Origin: Gammaproteobacteria bacterium
Lineage (GTDB): Bacteria; Pseudomonadota; Gammaproteobacteria; Ga0077536
Length of the DNA stretch: 64,000 nt
Assembly (NCBI GenBank): GCA_965216305.1
Contig: OZ244144.1
Location: 2,036,248-2,100,247 of the forward strand
Reading direction: 5' to 3'
Part shown: one piece after another, positions 1-11,868 of the stretch
How positions within the stretch are numbered: the first letter of the stretch is position 1
How the letters are laid out: each line of letters starts with the position of its first letter
Notes under the pieces: generated by a model
Databases searched by the model: none
Seen by the model: only the letters and a program-made list of their open reading frames with translations
What the model was told of the DNA's origin: nothing
Position numbers and translations under genes: made by a program

Positions 1-74
1 AGACCTGATCCGGGGCCGTTCCCGGATCGTATGAATAAGCCTGAAAACAAGTTGAATTCAAGAGGACACCGATA

Positions 75-1511
<1,437 letters not shown>

Positions 1512-1628
1512 GCCTGCGGTTGTGGCCGCGCGGCCGGGGTCGTCGCGCTGTTATGCAGCGCGGCGCGCGGTCGCGGCAAGAATGTCCGCCGCGACGGTGA
1601 TTCGCGCGTCGTCAATGACGGTGCCGGC

Positions 1629-2174
1629 GTGAGATTCGCGAACTCGACCAGCCACTACGGGCTGATTTCCAAACTGTTGCACTGGACCATCGCGACGCTG
1701 ATGCTCGGCCTCGTGTGGCTGGGTGCGTACATGGTTGAGTTGTCGTATTTCGACAGGTGGTACAACCAGTCCCTGCAGCTGCATAAATCGTTCGGTTTAC
1801 TCGTGTTCGCGCTTGCGGGCATCTACTTCACCTGGAAAATGCTGTCGCCGTCTCCACGAGCGCTGACGACAGCGCCACGCTGGCAGCGGCTCAGTGCCGC
1901 CGGTGTACACGCGGGTCTGATGTTCCTGATGGTGGCTATCCCGCTAAGCGGCTACCTCATTTCCACCGCGGCCGGACAGGGGGTTGAATTCTTCGGCTGG
2001 TTTAACGTGCCCGCGCCGGCGCGCAACAACCGGGCGATCCGCGATCTCGCGATTCAGCTGCATTATTACTTCGCGTACGGGATCGTGTTGCTCGTGGTGG
2101 CTCACGCCGGCGCTGCGCTGAAGCATCAGCTGTTGGACAAGGACGGCACCTTGGCGCGGATGCTTTGGCGTTAG
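1629..2174 (+). CDS. Cytochrome b561 family membrane protein (CybB-like).
   Basis: 181 aa with four predicted TM helices. Has HW and H-rich motifs (LLHWTIATLM, HAGLMFLM, HYYFAYG) typical of the cytochrome b561/YceJ family. GTG start. Confidence 0.75.
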   Translation: MRFANSTSHYGLISKLLHWTIATLMLGLVWLGAYMVELSYFDRWYNQSLQLHKSFGLLVFALAGIYFTWKMLSPSPRALTTAPRWQRLSAAGVHAGLMFLMVAIPLSGYLISTAAGQGVEFFGWFNVPAPARNNRAIRDLAIQLHYYFAYGIVLLVVAHAGAALKHQLLDKDGTLARMLWR

Positions 2175-2218
2175 CTAACTGCCTTGGCAGGTCGTGATTG
2201 CCGGGGCCGTGCGCACCG

Positions 2219-2800
2219 CTACTGCCGGATCCCCTCGATGAACAGGTCGAAATGCATCGTGTTCGCGCTTGGTCCGAGGTCGTAGCTGATCCCGAAATCC
2301 GTGCGATCGATCGTTGTCTTCCCGGCGAAGCCTGCGCGGTAGCCACCCCACGGGTCGTCACCTTCGCCGACGGCATGCACCTCAAGGGTGACCGGTTTGC
2401 TGATGCCGTGCAGGGTAAGAACACCGTCGAGCGTGCCGCTTGTCGCATCGCCGGTGAATTTTGTGCTCCTGAATGAGGCCTCCGGAAACTGCTCGACGTC
2501 GAGAAAATCCTCGCCGCGGATATGCTTGTCGCGTTCGGCCCAGTTTGTATCAACGCTGGCGGTGTTAATCGTGACGGTAATCGCGGACGCAGCCGGATTG
2601 TCGCGGTCCCAGATAAACGAGCCGGCGAAATCATTGAAGCGGCCCGCGAGCACACTAAAACCCAGGTGAGAGATCCGGAACTGAATGAAGGCATGGCTCG
2701 GGTCGATCGTGTAGTCGGCCGCTTTGACGGCGCCACTGACCGCGGCCATGCAAAGAATGACGCCGAGCGATTTCAATCGGGTGAACAGGCGCGCAGACAT
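2219..2800 (-). CDS. YceI-like periplasmic polyisoprenoid-binding protein.
   Basis: Start was trimmed to ATG at 2800, which has an AAGGAG RBS. Signal peptide MSARLFTRLKSLGVILCMAAVSGAVKA. YceI-like motifs DPSHAFIQF and KPVTLEV. Confidence 0.8.
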   Translation of the reverse strand: MSARLFTRLKSLGVILCMAAVSGAVKAADYTIDPSHAFIQFRISHLGFSVLAGRFNDFAGSFIWDRDNPAASAITVTINTASVDTNWAERDKHIRGEDFLDVEQFPEASFRSTKFTGDATSGTLDGVLTLHGISKPVTLEVHAVGEGDDPWGGYRAGFAGKTTIDRTDFGISYDLGPSANTMHFDLFIEGIRQ

Positions 2801-3008
2801 GGGGTACTCCTTTGAGTGTGGATAGGGAGCGGCGTGCGCGGGGCAGCCGCATCCCATGGTAGCGCACAAGAACCGTCGCGCTGAACGTGCGCCGTGCCGA
2901 ATGCCCCATGGCCCGGCCGGACGGTACGTTGCAACGAGGTCGGCGTGCCCGCACCGGCGCTTGCGCATATAATCGCCACCTCCCGATTCAAGCCTTCATA
3001 TTCCGGTC

Positions 3009-4382
3009 ATGGCGCTGCAGCTTTACAATTCGATTTCCCGTCGCAAAACGCAATTCGAACCGCTGGATCCGCAGCGGGTAACGATGTATGCGTGTGGCCC
3101 GACGGTCTATAACCCGCCGCATATCGGCAATGCGCGCGCCGCTGTGGTTTACGATCTGCTGTATCGGGTATTGCGCCGTCACTATACGAATGTTGTGTAT
3201 GCCCGCAATATTACGGACGTCGATGACAAGATTAATGCGGCGGCCCGCGCCGAGGGTGTGCCGATCGAAGTAATTACGGCGCGCTATACCGAGGTTTATC
3301 ACTCGGACATGGCGCAATTGAACGTCCTGCCGCCGGTGATCGAACCTCGCGCAACGCATCACATCGATGCCATCATAGAAATGATCGAACGGCTCATTGA
3401 AGGTGATTTCGCTTACGCGGCCGAAGGGCACGTGTTATTTCACGTGCCGGCCTATGCCGGTTACGGCCGTCTTTCCGGTCGCAACCGCGATGACATGATC
3501 GCCGGCTCCCGGGTTGAGGTGGCACCCTACAAACGCGATCCCGCCGACTTCATCCTGTGGAAACCCTCGGATCCGGAAACCCCCGGCTGGGACAGCCCGT
3601 GGGGGCGCGGACGCCCGGGTTGGCATATCGAATGCTCCGCCATGGCCGAGCGCCACCTCGGGCAGACAATCGATATCCACGGGGGCGGTAACGATTTGAA
3701 GTTTCCGCATCACGAGAACGAGATCGCACAAAGTGTGTGTTCGCACGGGGGCGAAGAATTCGCACGCTATTGGGTGCACAACGGCTTTGTCGAGATCGAC
3801 AGCGAAAAAATGTCCAAATCGCTGGGCAATGTTTTGCTGGTTGAGAATCTGCTCCAGCGACATCCGGGCGAAGCGCTGCGCATGGCCTTGATCCGCACAC
3901 GCTACCGCGAACCTTTGAGCTGGGACGAAGCGCAGGTTGATCAGGCCAAGGCGCAACTCGACCGCTTGTACGGCGCCTTGCAACGCCTCGAGCACGTCCC
4001 GGTCGATCCCGCGGCGCGACCATCGGCGGCTTTTTGCGCGGCGATGGACGATGATCTGAATTCCGCCCTCGCAATCGCGACGCTGATGGAATCGGTGACG
4101 CGGGCGAATACCGCGGATGATCCGGCCGCGCAACAGCAGGCGAAAAACGAGTTGCTCGCCGGCGGTGCGGAACTCGGTATCCTGCAGCAATCGCCCCAGG
4201 ACTGGTTCGCCGGCGACCCGGGCGGTGACATCGATGTGGCGCGTGTCGATGCGCTCATCGCCGAGCGGAATCGCGCGCGTGGCGACCGCGACTGGGCGCG
4301 TGCCGACGCAATTCGCGATGAACTCGCAGCCATGGGCGTGCAAATTCAGGATGGACCGGACGGGACTGAATGGCGTACGTGA
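3009..4382 (+). CDS. cysS: Cysteinyl-tRNA synthetase.
   Basis: Class I aaRS with HIGH-like motif (PPHIGN) and KMSKS motif (KMSKSLGN). Zn-binding Cys residues present. 457 aa, typical for CysS. Confidence 0.95.
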   Translation: MALQLYNSISRRKTQFEPLDPQRVTMYACGPTVYNPPHIGNARAAVVYDLLYRVLRRHYTNVVYARNITDVDDKINAAARAEGVPIEVITARYTEVYHSDMAQLNVLPPVIEPRATHHIDAIIEMIERLIEGDFAYAAEGHVLFHVPAYAGYGRLSGRNRDDMIAGSRVEVAPYKRDPADFILWKPSDPETPGWDSPWGRGRPGWHIECSAMAERHLGQTIDIHGGGNDLKFPHHENEIAQSVCSHGGEEFARYWVHNGFVEIDSEKMSKSLGNVLLVENLLQRHPGEALRMALIRTRYREPLSWDEAQVDQAKAQLDRLYGALQRLEHVPVDPAARPSAAFCAAMDDDLNSALAIATLMESVTRANTADDPAAQQQAKNELLAGGAELGILQQSPQDWFAGDPGGDIDVARVDALIAERNRARGDRDWARADAIRDELAAMGVQIQDGPDGTEWRT

Positions 4383-4672
4383 AACCGGCTGCGGGCGCGT
4401 TCGATAGCCGCGCTTTGCGACGGCACCAGGACGACGTCGCGGTCGGAGTCGCTTGTCAGGCAGCTCGGCTTGCAGCGCCGCGTGGTAATCACGCTGCGTG
4501 ACTCCGCGGTCATTTCCGCTGCTGGCGGGGAGTGCGCCGGGACGGGCCGGGGAACTTTCTGCGCCGAGTCGCGTCAGCGAAGGATAATCCTGCGTCTCGG
4601 GCAGGGCACCGCGGACCTGCGCGCTGACCGACCATTTGCAGTACACTTTTTTGCATGAGGAATCGTTAAGCA

Positions 4673-5134
4673 ATGACGGCTACGTCCACACAACTCACTC
4701 CGGCGGCGGAAATTCTCGAAACGCAAAAGGAAATTGTCGAGACTTTCTCGTTCTTCGACGACTGGACGGACCGCTACCAGTACATCATCGATCTGGGCAA
4801 GGAACTGCCGGATCTCGCCGCCGATCAAAAAACCGAGGACAACCGCCTCAAGGGTTGTCAGTCGCAGGTCTGGATCGTTCCCGAAGCGAAGGATGAGCGG
4901 CTGTATTTTGCGGCCACAAGTGATTCCGCCATCGTGTGCGGGTTGATCGCGTTAATGCTTAAAGTCTATTCGGGGCGCCTGCCCGGCGACATCATCGCGA
5001 CCCCGCCGAATTTCATTCGGGAAATCGAGCTTGAATCCCATCTGTCACCCACGCGCAGTAACGGGCTGAGCGCGATGGTGCAGCAGATCCGCCAGTTCGC
5101 GGTAGAGGCGCTCGCGGCCGAGCGCGCGGAATGA
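4673..5134 (+). CDS. sufE: SufE-like cysteine desulfuration (sulfur acceptor) protein.
   Basis: 153 aa with conserved GCQSQVW active-site Cys motif of SufE/CsdE. Confidence 0.85.
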   Translation: MTATSTQLTPAAEILETQKEIVETFSFFDDWTDRYQYIIDLGKELPDLAADQKTEDNRLKGCQSQVWIVPEAKDERLYFAATSDSAIVCGLIALMLKVYSGRLPGDIIATPPNFIREIELESHLSPTRSNGLSAMVQQIRQFAVEALAAERAE

Positions 5135-5188
5135 GCCACGCGGTGCGGGTATTCGGGTAATCCGCGGCGCCGCGCGAACGACGACTGC

Positions 5189-6424
5189 TCAGTCGTCTTT
5201 GAGACGGATCCAGATTCGATCGAACTCCGCATGCTGGTCGCGGAAGAGATCGACGATCGTCGGATCGAAATGCCCGTGCGGATCGATGCGGTCGTCACCT
5301 ACGGTAAGGATGTTGACGGCTTTGTTGTGATCGAAGGCGGGTTTGTAAGGACGCTCGGAACGCAACGCATCATAGATGTCGGCGAGCTGCACAATGCGTG
5401 CCGACAGCGGGATATCGGTGCCCGAAAGTCCGTTCGGGTAGCCGGTGCCATCCCACTTCTCGTGATGATTGAGCGCGATTTCCGCGCCCATCTGCAAGCG
5501 CGGTGACGACGCGAGGATCTGGTATCCATACTCGGTGTGGCGGTTCATCTCCGCGCGTTCCGCATCGTCGAGACGGCCCTTCTTCTTCAGCACCGCGGCG
5601 TCGACGCTCATCTTGCCAACATCGTGCAACTGGGCGCTGTAGCGCACCTCATCACACCACTCGTCGGCCATGCCGAGTACTTTCGCGATGTAATAGCTGT
5701 ACTCGTTGACCCGCACGATGTGGTTGCCGGTTTCCTCATCGTGAATCTCCGCGGCGCGCGCGAGTAACTGGGTCGAAATCTGGAACGCGGCCTCGGTTTC
5801 TTCCTGCAGGGCTGCGATGTGCGTGCGCTGCTCGGCCAGCTGGCTGTTGCGGTCGCGCAAGGTTTTGTTCTTCGACTTGATCTGCTCGAGCATCTCGGCG
5901 CGTTCGATTGAATGGCCGACGACACGCGCGATCGGAACGACGAGCTTTTCGACACTCGGATCGAACGGGGTTGGCGCACGGTCCTTGCGCGGACGGCAAT
6001 TCAGCAGCTGTACGACGCCGATCACTTCGTCCTGGTAATTTTTCAGCGCGAAGCAGCACATGGAATGAGTCTTGTAGCTGCGGTGCTCGCGGGTGGGATC
6101 GAAGGAGTAGGGCGCGCGCTTCGGGATTTTATAGACGTCATCGATGAAAACAGTCTTGCCCTTATCGGCAACGTGTCCGGCGATAGAACCGGGGCCGATG
6201 GGCACGATGAAATCGCCTTTGCGCACCGTGATCGCGTCGTTCTGTACGCTCGCCGGCTCAAGCCAGCGCTTTTTACCGCCCTTGCGCGCGATGAAAATCG
6301 TCCCGGCTTCGGCCTTCGTCAGGAGCCGACTCTTGCGCAGAACACGATCGAGCAGGTCGCGGACAGACTGGTTTTTTTGTCCTTCGACGAATTGTAGAAA
6401 ATCGAGTACGGCGTCCGAATTCAC
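5189..6424 (-). CDS. GAF domain-containing HD-GYP phosphodiesterase (c-di-GMP hydrolase family).
   Basis: C-terminal HD...HHEKWDGTGYP motif defines HD-GYP. N-terminal GAF-like region and a coiled-coil linker. Start placed at GTG 6424, which has an AGGAGAAGG RBS. The longer ORF reaching 6451 is an alternative. Confidence 0.75.
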   Translation of the reverse strand: MNSDAVLDFLQFVEGQKNQSVRDLLDRVLRKSRLLTKAEAGTIFIARKGGKKRWLEPASVQNDAITVRKGDFIVPIGPGSIAGHVADKGKTVFIDDVYKIPKRAPYSFDPTREHRSYKTHSMCCFALKNYQDEVIGVVQLLNCRPRKDRAPTPFDPSVEKLVVPIARVVGHSIERAEMLEQIKSKNKTLRDRNSQLAEQRTHIAALQEETEAAFQISTQLLARAAEIHDEETGNHIVRVNEYSYYIAKVLGMADEWCDEVRYSAQLHDVGKMSVDAAVLKKKGRLDDAERAEMNRHTEYGYQILASSPRLQMGAEIALNHHEKWDGTGYPNGLSGTDIPLSARIVQLADIYDALRSERPYKPAFDHNKAVNILTVGDDRIDPHGHFDPTIVDLFRDQHAEFDRIWIRLKDD

Positions 6425-6690
6425 GCACCTTCTCCTGGCTCGGTCGGCCAACGGGGTCGACTAGCTTAACGATAGCACAATTGCCGGCGGCCGCAGGGGC
6501 AGCTTGCTGACTGTATTGACGGCCCGAACGTGACGATCGCTCAGGTTCATTGGGTTATAATCCGCGCGGGATTGGCTCCTTGAATGACGCTCCGGGGTCT
6601 ATCGAAGCGGAATTACCCGATCGACTGCAAAACCGGACCATAACCCAGCGCTGGCATGCCTGCCGCCGTGCCCGAACCCTGACGATAACG

Positions 6691-9600
6691 ATGAACAAAC
6701 GATTCCCTGAAACAAAGGGCCTTGATTTCGCCCGCATGGAGGACGAACTGCTGACCTGGTGGTCACAGGACGACATCTTCGAGCGCTGTATCGCGAACCG
6801 CAACGATGGTCCGCCATTCAGTTTTTACGAAGGCCCGCCGACGGCGAATGGCCGGCCCGGAATCCATCACGTTCTCGGACGGACGATTAAGGACACGTTC
6901 TGTCGCTACAAGACCCTGAAAGGCCACAAGGTAAATCGCAAGGCCGGCTGGGACACGCACGGGCTCCCGGTTGAGATCGAGGTCGAGAAGGAGCTTGGAC
7001 TCGACGGTCGCGAGCAGATCGAAGACTACGGCATCGATCGTTTCAACCAGGCGTGCAAATCGAGTATCGCGCGCTACAAGAAAGACTGGGACGACCTGAC
7101 CCGCAGAATCGGGTATTGGGTTGATCTCGATAACCCCTACATCACCTACGAGACGAACTACATCGAATCCGTCTGGTGGTTGATCAAGGAAATCCACAAA
7201 CGCGACTTGCTCTATCGGGGACACAAGATCCAGTGGTACAGCCCGGGTAGCGGAACCGTGCTTTCCTCGCACGAGGTGAGCCTCGGATACAAGGAAATCA
7301 CCGATCCCAGTGTCTATGTCCGCTTCGAGGCGACGGATGTCGACAACGAGAGCTTCCTCGCATGGACGACCACGCCGTGGACCCTGATTTCGAATGTTGC
7401 GCTCGCGGTGGGGCCGGATATCGAATACGCCCGTGTCCGCATTGACGAAGGCCCGCTCGCGGGTCAGACGCTGATCATCGCCGCCGCGAGGCTGGGTGTC
7501 ATCACCGAAGCGCATGAAGTGCTGGCGAAGATTCCCGGGCGGGATCTCGTGGGTCGCCGGTACCGTCCCGCATTTACGCTGCCGGACGTCGGCGATACGT
7601 CGACCGCGTGGCGCGTGGTTGCGGCTGATTACGTATCAACCGAAGACGGCACGGGAATTGTCCACCAGGCACCGGCCTTTGGTGCTGAGGACTACGAGGT
7701 GGCGCAGCGTGAAGGGCTGCCAATGTTCAATCCGATGCAAGCGGACGGTCATTTTGACGCTTCCACGCCGCTCGTGGGTGGCGAGTGGTTCAAGGACGCG
7801 AACCGGATCATCAACCGCGATCTGAAAGAACGTGGCTTGCTGTATCGCCAGGAATCCTACCTGCACAACTACCCGCACGACTGGCGTAAAGGTACGCCGT
7901 TGATGAGTTATCCGGTAGAAAGCTGGTTCGTGCGGACTACGGCAGTGAAGGATCGCCTCGTCGATCTGAATCGGACGGTCGACTGGCATCCGCAGGCGAT
8001 CCGCGATGGGCGCTTCGGCAACTGGCTTGAGAACAATATCGACTGGGCATTGAGCCGCAAACGCTACTGGGGGACGCCGTTGCCGGTGTGGATGTCGGAC
8101 CATCCGGGATCGGATTATTTCGAGGTGATCGGGTCTATCGCGGAATTGCGCGAGAAAGTTGGCGACGCGCTCCCCGCGGATGCGGCGCTCGATTTGCACC
8201 GCCCGTACGTTGACCAGTACACCTGGCCTGCACCGGACGGTGGCACCATGCGCCGCGTTTCCGATGTGATTGATGTCTGGTTCGACTCCGGGGCCATGCC
8301 GTTCGCGCAGTGGCATTACCCGTTCGAGAACAAGGCCGAGTTCGAGGAAAGCTTTCCCGCCGATTTCATTTGCGAAGGGCTCGATCAGACCCGCGGCTGG
8401 TTTTACACGCTGCACGCCATTGCAACGCTCGTGATGGACAGCGTCGCGTTCAAGAATTGCGTGGTGAACGGCCTGTTACTCGACGAGAACGGCGAGAAAA
8501 TGTCGAAATCGAAAGGCAATACGATAGACCCTTTCGAAACCGTGGCCACCTACGGGGCCGATGTCGTGCGCTGGTACATGCTGAGCAATTCGCCACCGTG
8601 GGACAACATGAAATTTTCGCTGCGCGGACTCACGGAAACGCGGAACAAGTTTTTCAGCACGCTGGAAAATGTCTACCGCTTCATGGCGAGCTACGCGAAC
8701 ATCGACGGCTTCGGCCACAGTGAAGCGGCGATCCCGCTCGGCGAGCGCTCGGAACTCGATCGCTGGATTCTGAGTCGGCTCAATTCGACGATACGACTCG
8801 TTGACGCCGCGTTCGATGGCTACGACGCCACGCGTGCTGCGCGAGCGATCGAAACGTTCGTCGATGAACTCTCAAACTGGTACATCCGGCGATCGCGGCC
8901 GCGTTTCTGGGCGGCGAAGAAGTCCGTTGACGAAACCGCCGGCGCCGGGGACAAGCTGGCTGCCTACCAGACAACGTATGAATGCCTGCTCGCGGTGGCG
9001 AAGATGATGAGCCCGATCGCGCCGTTTTTCTCGGAGTGGCTGTACCGCAGCCTGAATGAGACCACGGCGCTCGAGTCCGCCCCGTCGGTGCACATGACGG
9101 ACTTTCCGCGCGTCGATCCTGCGGCGACGCAGGCCGATCTCGAACACCGCATGCATACCGCGCGCACCATTGTCACGCTGGTGCTGTTATTGCGTAACAA
9201 GAGCCATCTGAATGTGCGCCAGCCTTTGTCGCGGGTACTGCTCGTTGTGGGCGGTGGTATCGACCAGCGTGTTGTGGAAAGCGTTAAGGACATTATTCTT
9301 GACGAGATCAACGTGCGCGCCATCGAGTACATCGAGGATTCCAGCGAGGTGGTGAAGCGTTCCGCAAAGGCGAATTTCAAACAACTGGGTTCGCGTCTCG
9401 GCAAGCGCATGAAGGGCGCGGCGGCAGCGATTGCGGCATTCGGCGAAGCCGATATTTCAGCACTGTTAACGAGCGGTTCATACACGATCGATGTCGACGG
9501 AGAAGCCATCTCCCTGGTACCGGATGATGTTGAAATCCTGAGCGAAGAGCTCGGCGACTGGAGTGTTGCACAGGAGGGGCGGGTAACGGTGGCGCTTGAT

Positions 9601-9891
9601 ACGCAGCTCACACCCGAGCTGTTGGCGCACGGCTTGTCGCGGGAGGTGGTGAATCGTATCCAGACGATGCGCAAGACAGCCGATCTCGACCTCGTCGATC
9701 GGATCCGCGTGCAATACCACGCTGAGGGAGAGTTGGCCGCCGCGATCGCGGAGCATGCGGACACGATTCGTCGTGAAACGCTGGCACTTTCACTGGAATA
9801 CTCGGACAATCCCCAAGGCGAGCATCGGGAAACTTTCGACATAAACGGCAGTCAACTTGTTGTGGCGCTCTCGGTGGACAAGACTGTATGA
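6691..9891 (+). CDS. ileS: Isoleucyl-tRNA synthetase, long type-2 (eukaryote-like) form.
   Basis: Start trimmed to ATG 6691 (MNKRFPETKGLDF...). HIGH region PPTANGRPGIHHVLGR and KMSKS region EKMSKSKGN. About 1066 aa with no C-terminal Zn-finger tail of the type-1 enzyme. No lspA downstream. Confidence 0.93.
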   Translation: MNKRFPETKGLDFARMEDELLTWWSQDDIFERCIANRNDGPPFSFYEGPPTANGRPGIHHVLGRTIKDTFCRYKTLKGHKVNRKAGWDTHGLPVEIEVEKELGLDGREQIEDYGIDRFNQACKSSIARYKKDWDDLTRRIGYWVDLDNPYITYETNYIESVWWLIKEIHKRDLLYRGHKIQWYSPGSGTVLSSHEVSLGYKEITDPSVYVRFEATDVDNESFLAWTTTPWTLISNVALAVGPDIEYARVRIDEGPLAGQTLIIAAARLGVITEAHEVLAKIPGRDLVGRRYRPAFTLPDVGDTSTAWRVVAADYVSTEDGTGIVHQAPAFGAEDYEVAQREGLPMFNPMQADGHFDASTPLVGGEWFKDANRIINRDLKERGLLYRQESYLHNYPHDWRKGTPLMSYPVESWFVRTTAVKDRLVDLNRTVDWHPQAIRDGRFGNWLENNIDWALSRKRYWGTPLPVWMSDHPGSDYFEVIGSIAELREKVGDALPADAALDLHRPYVDQYTWPAPDGGTMRRVSDVIDVWFDSGAMPFAQWHYPFENKAEFEESFPADFICEGLDQTRGWFYTLHAIATLVMDSVAFKNCVVNGLLLDENGEKMSKSKGNTIDPFETVATYGADVVRWYMLSNSPPWDNMKFSLRGLTETRNKFFSTLENVYRFMASYANIDGFGHSEAAIPLGERSELDRWILSRLNSTIRLVDAAFDGYDATRAARAIETFVDELSNWYIRRSRPRFWAAKKSVDETAGAGDKLAAYQTTYECLLAVAKMMSPIAPFFSEWLYRSLNETTALESAPSVHMTDFPRVDPAATQADLEHRMHTARTIVTLVLLLRNKSHLNVRQPLSRVLLVVGGGIDQRVVESVKDIILDEINVRAIEYIEDSSEVVKRSAKANFKQLGSRLGKRMKGAAAAIAAFGEADISALLTSGSYTIDVDGEAISLVPDDVEILSEELGDWSVAQEGRVTVALDTQLTPELLAHGLSREVVNRIQTMRKTADLDLVDRIRVQYHAEGELAAAIAEHADTIRRETLALSLEYSDNPQGEHRETFDINGSQLVVALSVDKTV

Positions 9892-9981
9892 CAGGGCGGC
9901 CGGTACTTCGGTAACGCGTACCGGAAACCGGCCGAACAGCGCCCAGAGAAAAATCTGAGTCTGAGATCGAACTGAACCACT

Positions 9982-10623
9982 ATGAAACCGATGTTGAAAC
10001 CGCTGCCTGTTATCCACGCGTACGTTTTTGCGCTGTTATTGTCCATTGTTCTATCCGCCGGTGCGTTCGCCGAAGGAATCGCAACGCCAACGGAACGCGT
10101 ACGCAGCGCGATTGGCGACATCATGAAGATTCTGAAGAACGACAATCTCGATCGCGATCAGAAGTGGTCCGAGGTCGGGCGTGTCGTTGACGCCGGTTTC
10201 GACTTCCGCAGCATGTCACAGAGCATTCTCGCGACAAACTGGCGCACCGCCACGGCGGAAGAGAAACGCCAGTTCGTGGAGTATTTCGCGCAGTATCTCG
10301 AAGCCACCTATCGCGACAAAATCGAGTCCTACACGAATCAGCGTGTGGAGTATATGAACGAATCGGTGCGCGGCGACCGGGCCGTCGTCGATACGATTAT
10401 CATGACTGACGCAACGCAGATCCCCGTCACCTACAAGCTGAAACTGAATGATGAAGGCTGGTTTGCCTACGACGTCGTCATCGAAGGTGTCAGCCTCGTC
10501 AATAATTACCGCAGCACGTTCTCGGCAATCATAAAATCCGAAGGGATGGAAGGATTGTTGACGGATTTGCAGGGTCGAATCGAACGTTACAAAGCACAAC
10601 ACGGCGGTTTACCGCCGCGATAG
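9982..10623 (+). CDS. mlaC: MlaC/Ttg2D-family periplasmic phospholipid-binding protein, standalone paralog.
   Basis: 213 aa with signal peptide. Clear similarity in family motifs (ATNW..A, EYxxESV...WxAYDVxIEGVSLVxNYRSxF) to the operon-encoded MlaC at 10766-11404. Confidence 0.8.
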   Translation: MKPMLKPLPVIHAYVFALLLSIVLSAGAFAEGIATPTERVRSAIGDIMKILKNDNLDRDQKWSEVGRVVDAGFDFRSMSQSILATNWRTATAEEKRQFVEYFAQYLEATYRDKIESYTNQRVEYMNESVRGDRAVVDTIIMTDATQIPVTYKLKLNDEGWFAYDVVIEGVSLVNNYRSTFSAIIKSEGMEGLLTDLQGRIERYKAQHGGLPPR

Positions 10624-10765
10624 CGTAGTCCGTTAACCCGCTGACGCAGCCACGCCAGGGGGCGCGAACCGGAAATCAGCGGGCCCGTGCGATATACCAA
10701 CGGCGGCCTGCGGTTCGCGCGTCACGCGCCAACGCACTGAGCCCGATACACGCCCTTTGGGATCG

Positions 10766-11404
10766 CTAGTGTTGCGCGGGCAACGAGGAGCGTGCGACTT
10801 TTGTTTCCAGTTGGGCAATCAACCCGTCGATGCCTGAATCCCTCACAAGCTGCTGAAAACTGCCGCGGTAATTGCGCACGAGACTGACCTGTTCGATGAC
10901 GACGTCGTACGCATACCACTTGCCGTCATCCTTGCGATACATTTTATAGTCGACCGGGATATCGACGCTATCCGTGTTGATCACGGTTTTTACGGTTGCC
11001 AGATTGTCAGTGCGTTTCGATTCGCCGACATACTCCACCGTTTCGTTCTTGTAGCCGGAAATCTTGAACCAGTAAGTGTTCGACAACAGCTCTTTGAACA
11101 GACTCGAAAAGCGGTTGCGCTGTTTCTTCGTCGCCTTCTTCCAGTTCGTGGCGAGCACGCGACTGGACATGGCGCGAAAATCGAAATGCGCGGAAATTAT
11201 GTTCTTCACCCGCCGCATCTTTGCCTCTTCACTGACCTCGCCGGCCTGCAGTGCATGGAGCACGGCATCCACGGTGGTGGTGACGGTTTCCATCGGTGTG
11301 TTGGCGATTGCTGATGCCGGGAGTAGCGTGAGCGCAAGCAGGAAGATCCATGTGCGGATCCCGTGCTGCGATGTACCAGGTGTTGTGTATTGTTCGGCTG
11401 TCAT
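10766..11404 (-). CDS. mlaC: MlaC, the ABC-transport auxiliary periplasmic component (lipid asymmetry).
   Basis: Directly downstream of mlaD. ATG at 11404 lies 4 nt after the mlaD stop. Signal peptide and Ttg2D family motifs present. Confidence 0.85.
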   Translation of the reverse strand: MTAEQYTTPGTSQHGIRTWIFLLALTLLPASAIANTPMETVTTTVDAVLHALQAGEVSEEAKMRRVKNIISAHFDFRAMSSRVLATNWKKATKKQRNRFSSLFKELLSNTYWFKISGYKNETVEYVGESKRTDNLATVKTVINTDSVDIPVDYKMYRKDDGKWYAYDVVIEQVSLVRNYRGSFQQLVRDSGIDGLIAQLETKVARSSLPAQH

Positions 11405-11409
11405 CGGGA

Positions 11410-11868
11410 TCAATCCTTGTCTCCGCTTTCGAAGATGTATTTGCTGATTAGCTCTTCGAGATTAATCGACGACTCGGTTTCATAGATTTCGCCGCCGGGT
11501 TCGATATAGGTATCCGAGCCGCCCGGTGAAATTTTGACGAACTTGTCGCCGATGATCCCCGATGTTCGAATCGATGCGATTGCGTCTTCCTGCAGTCTTA
11601 GGCGCGGGTCGAGCGCCATTGAGACAATGGATTCGTAACTGTCGAAATCGACTTCGATTTTCGACACCGTCCCGACGCGCACGCCGCCAACTTCAACGAG
11701 AGCGCCTTCATTGAGTCCCGAGGAGGAGACGAAGCGCGCCTCGATGGTGTACACGTCCTGCTTGAACAAACCGATATTGCCCAGGCGCAACGCGAGGTAG
11801 CTGAGTGCGAGCAAGCCGACCACCATAAAGAGGCCGACCGATAATTCGAGGGAGGATCGTTCCGTCAT
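11410..11868 (-). CDS. mlaD: MlaD, the MCE-domain periplasmic substrate-binding component.
   Basis: 152 aa with N-terminal TM anchor followed by an MCE domain. Position sits between mlaE and mlaC. Confidence 0.9.
   Translation of the reverse strand: MTERSSLELSVGLFMVVGLLALSYLALRLGNIGLFKQDVYTIEARFVSSSGLNEGALVEVGGVRVGTVSKIEVDFDSYESIVSMALDPRLRLQEDAIASIRTSGIIGDKFVKISPGGSDTYIEPGGEIYETESSINLEELISKYIFESGDKD

Noticed and set aside
1-74. Possible SAH riboswitch upstream of ahcY.
   Set aside because: Only 74 nt of leader are inside the window. A CCGGG...CCCGG hairpin is present at 11-26, but I could not match the conserved SAH-riboswitch core from memory. An Rfam scan of a longer upstream sequence is needed.
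1524-1535. Perfect 12-nt palindrome GGCCGCGCGGCC downstream of ahcY as a terminator.
   Set aside because: It has no loop and no T-tract. Palindromes of this kind are frequent by chance in GC-rich sequence.
3435-4673. 412-aa ORF antisense to cysS. Similar long antisense or alternative-frame ORFs were seen at 2002-2736, 15236-16591, 22824-23993, 23421-24051, 25741-26568, 58143-59405 and 59712-61211.
   Set aside because: Each overlaps a well-supported gene with conserved motifs. Their translations are Arg/Pro/Ala-rich with no recognisable domains, as expected for shadow frames in ~60% GC DNA.
5180-5200. Hairpin GACGACT-GCTC-AGTCGTC followed by TTT, 45 nt after sufE, as an intrinsic terminator.
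   Set aside because: The stem is only 7 bp with 3 U residues, and it overlaps the stop codon of the convergent HD-GYP gene. It is too weak to call without computation.
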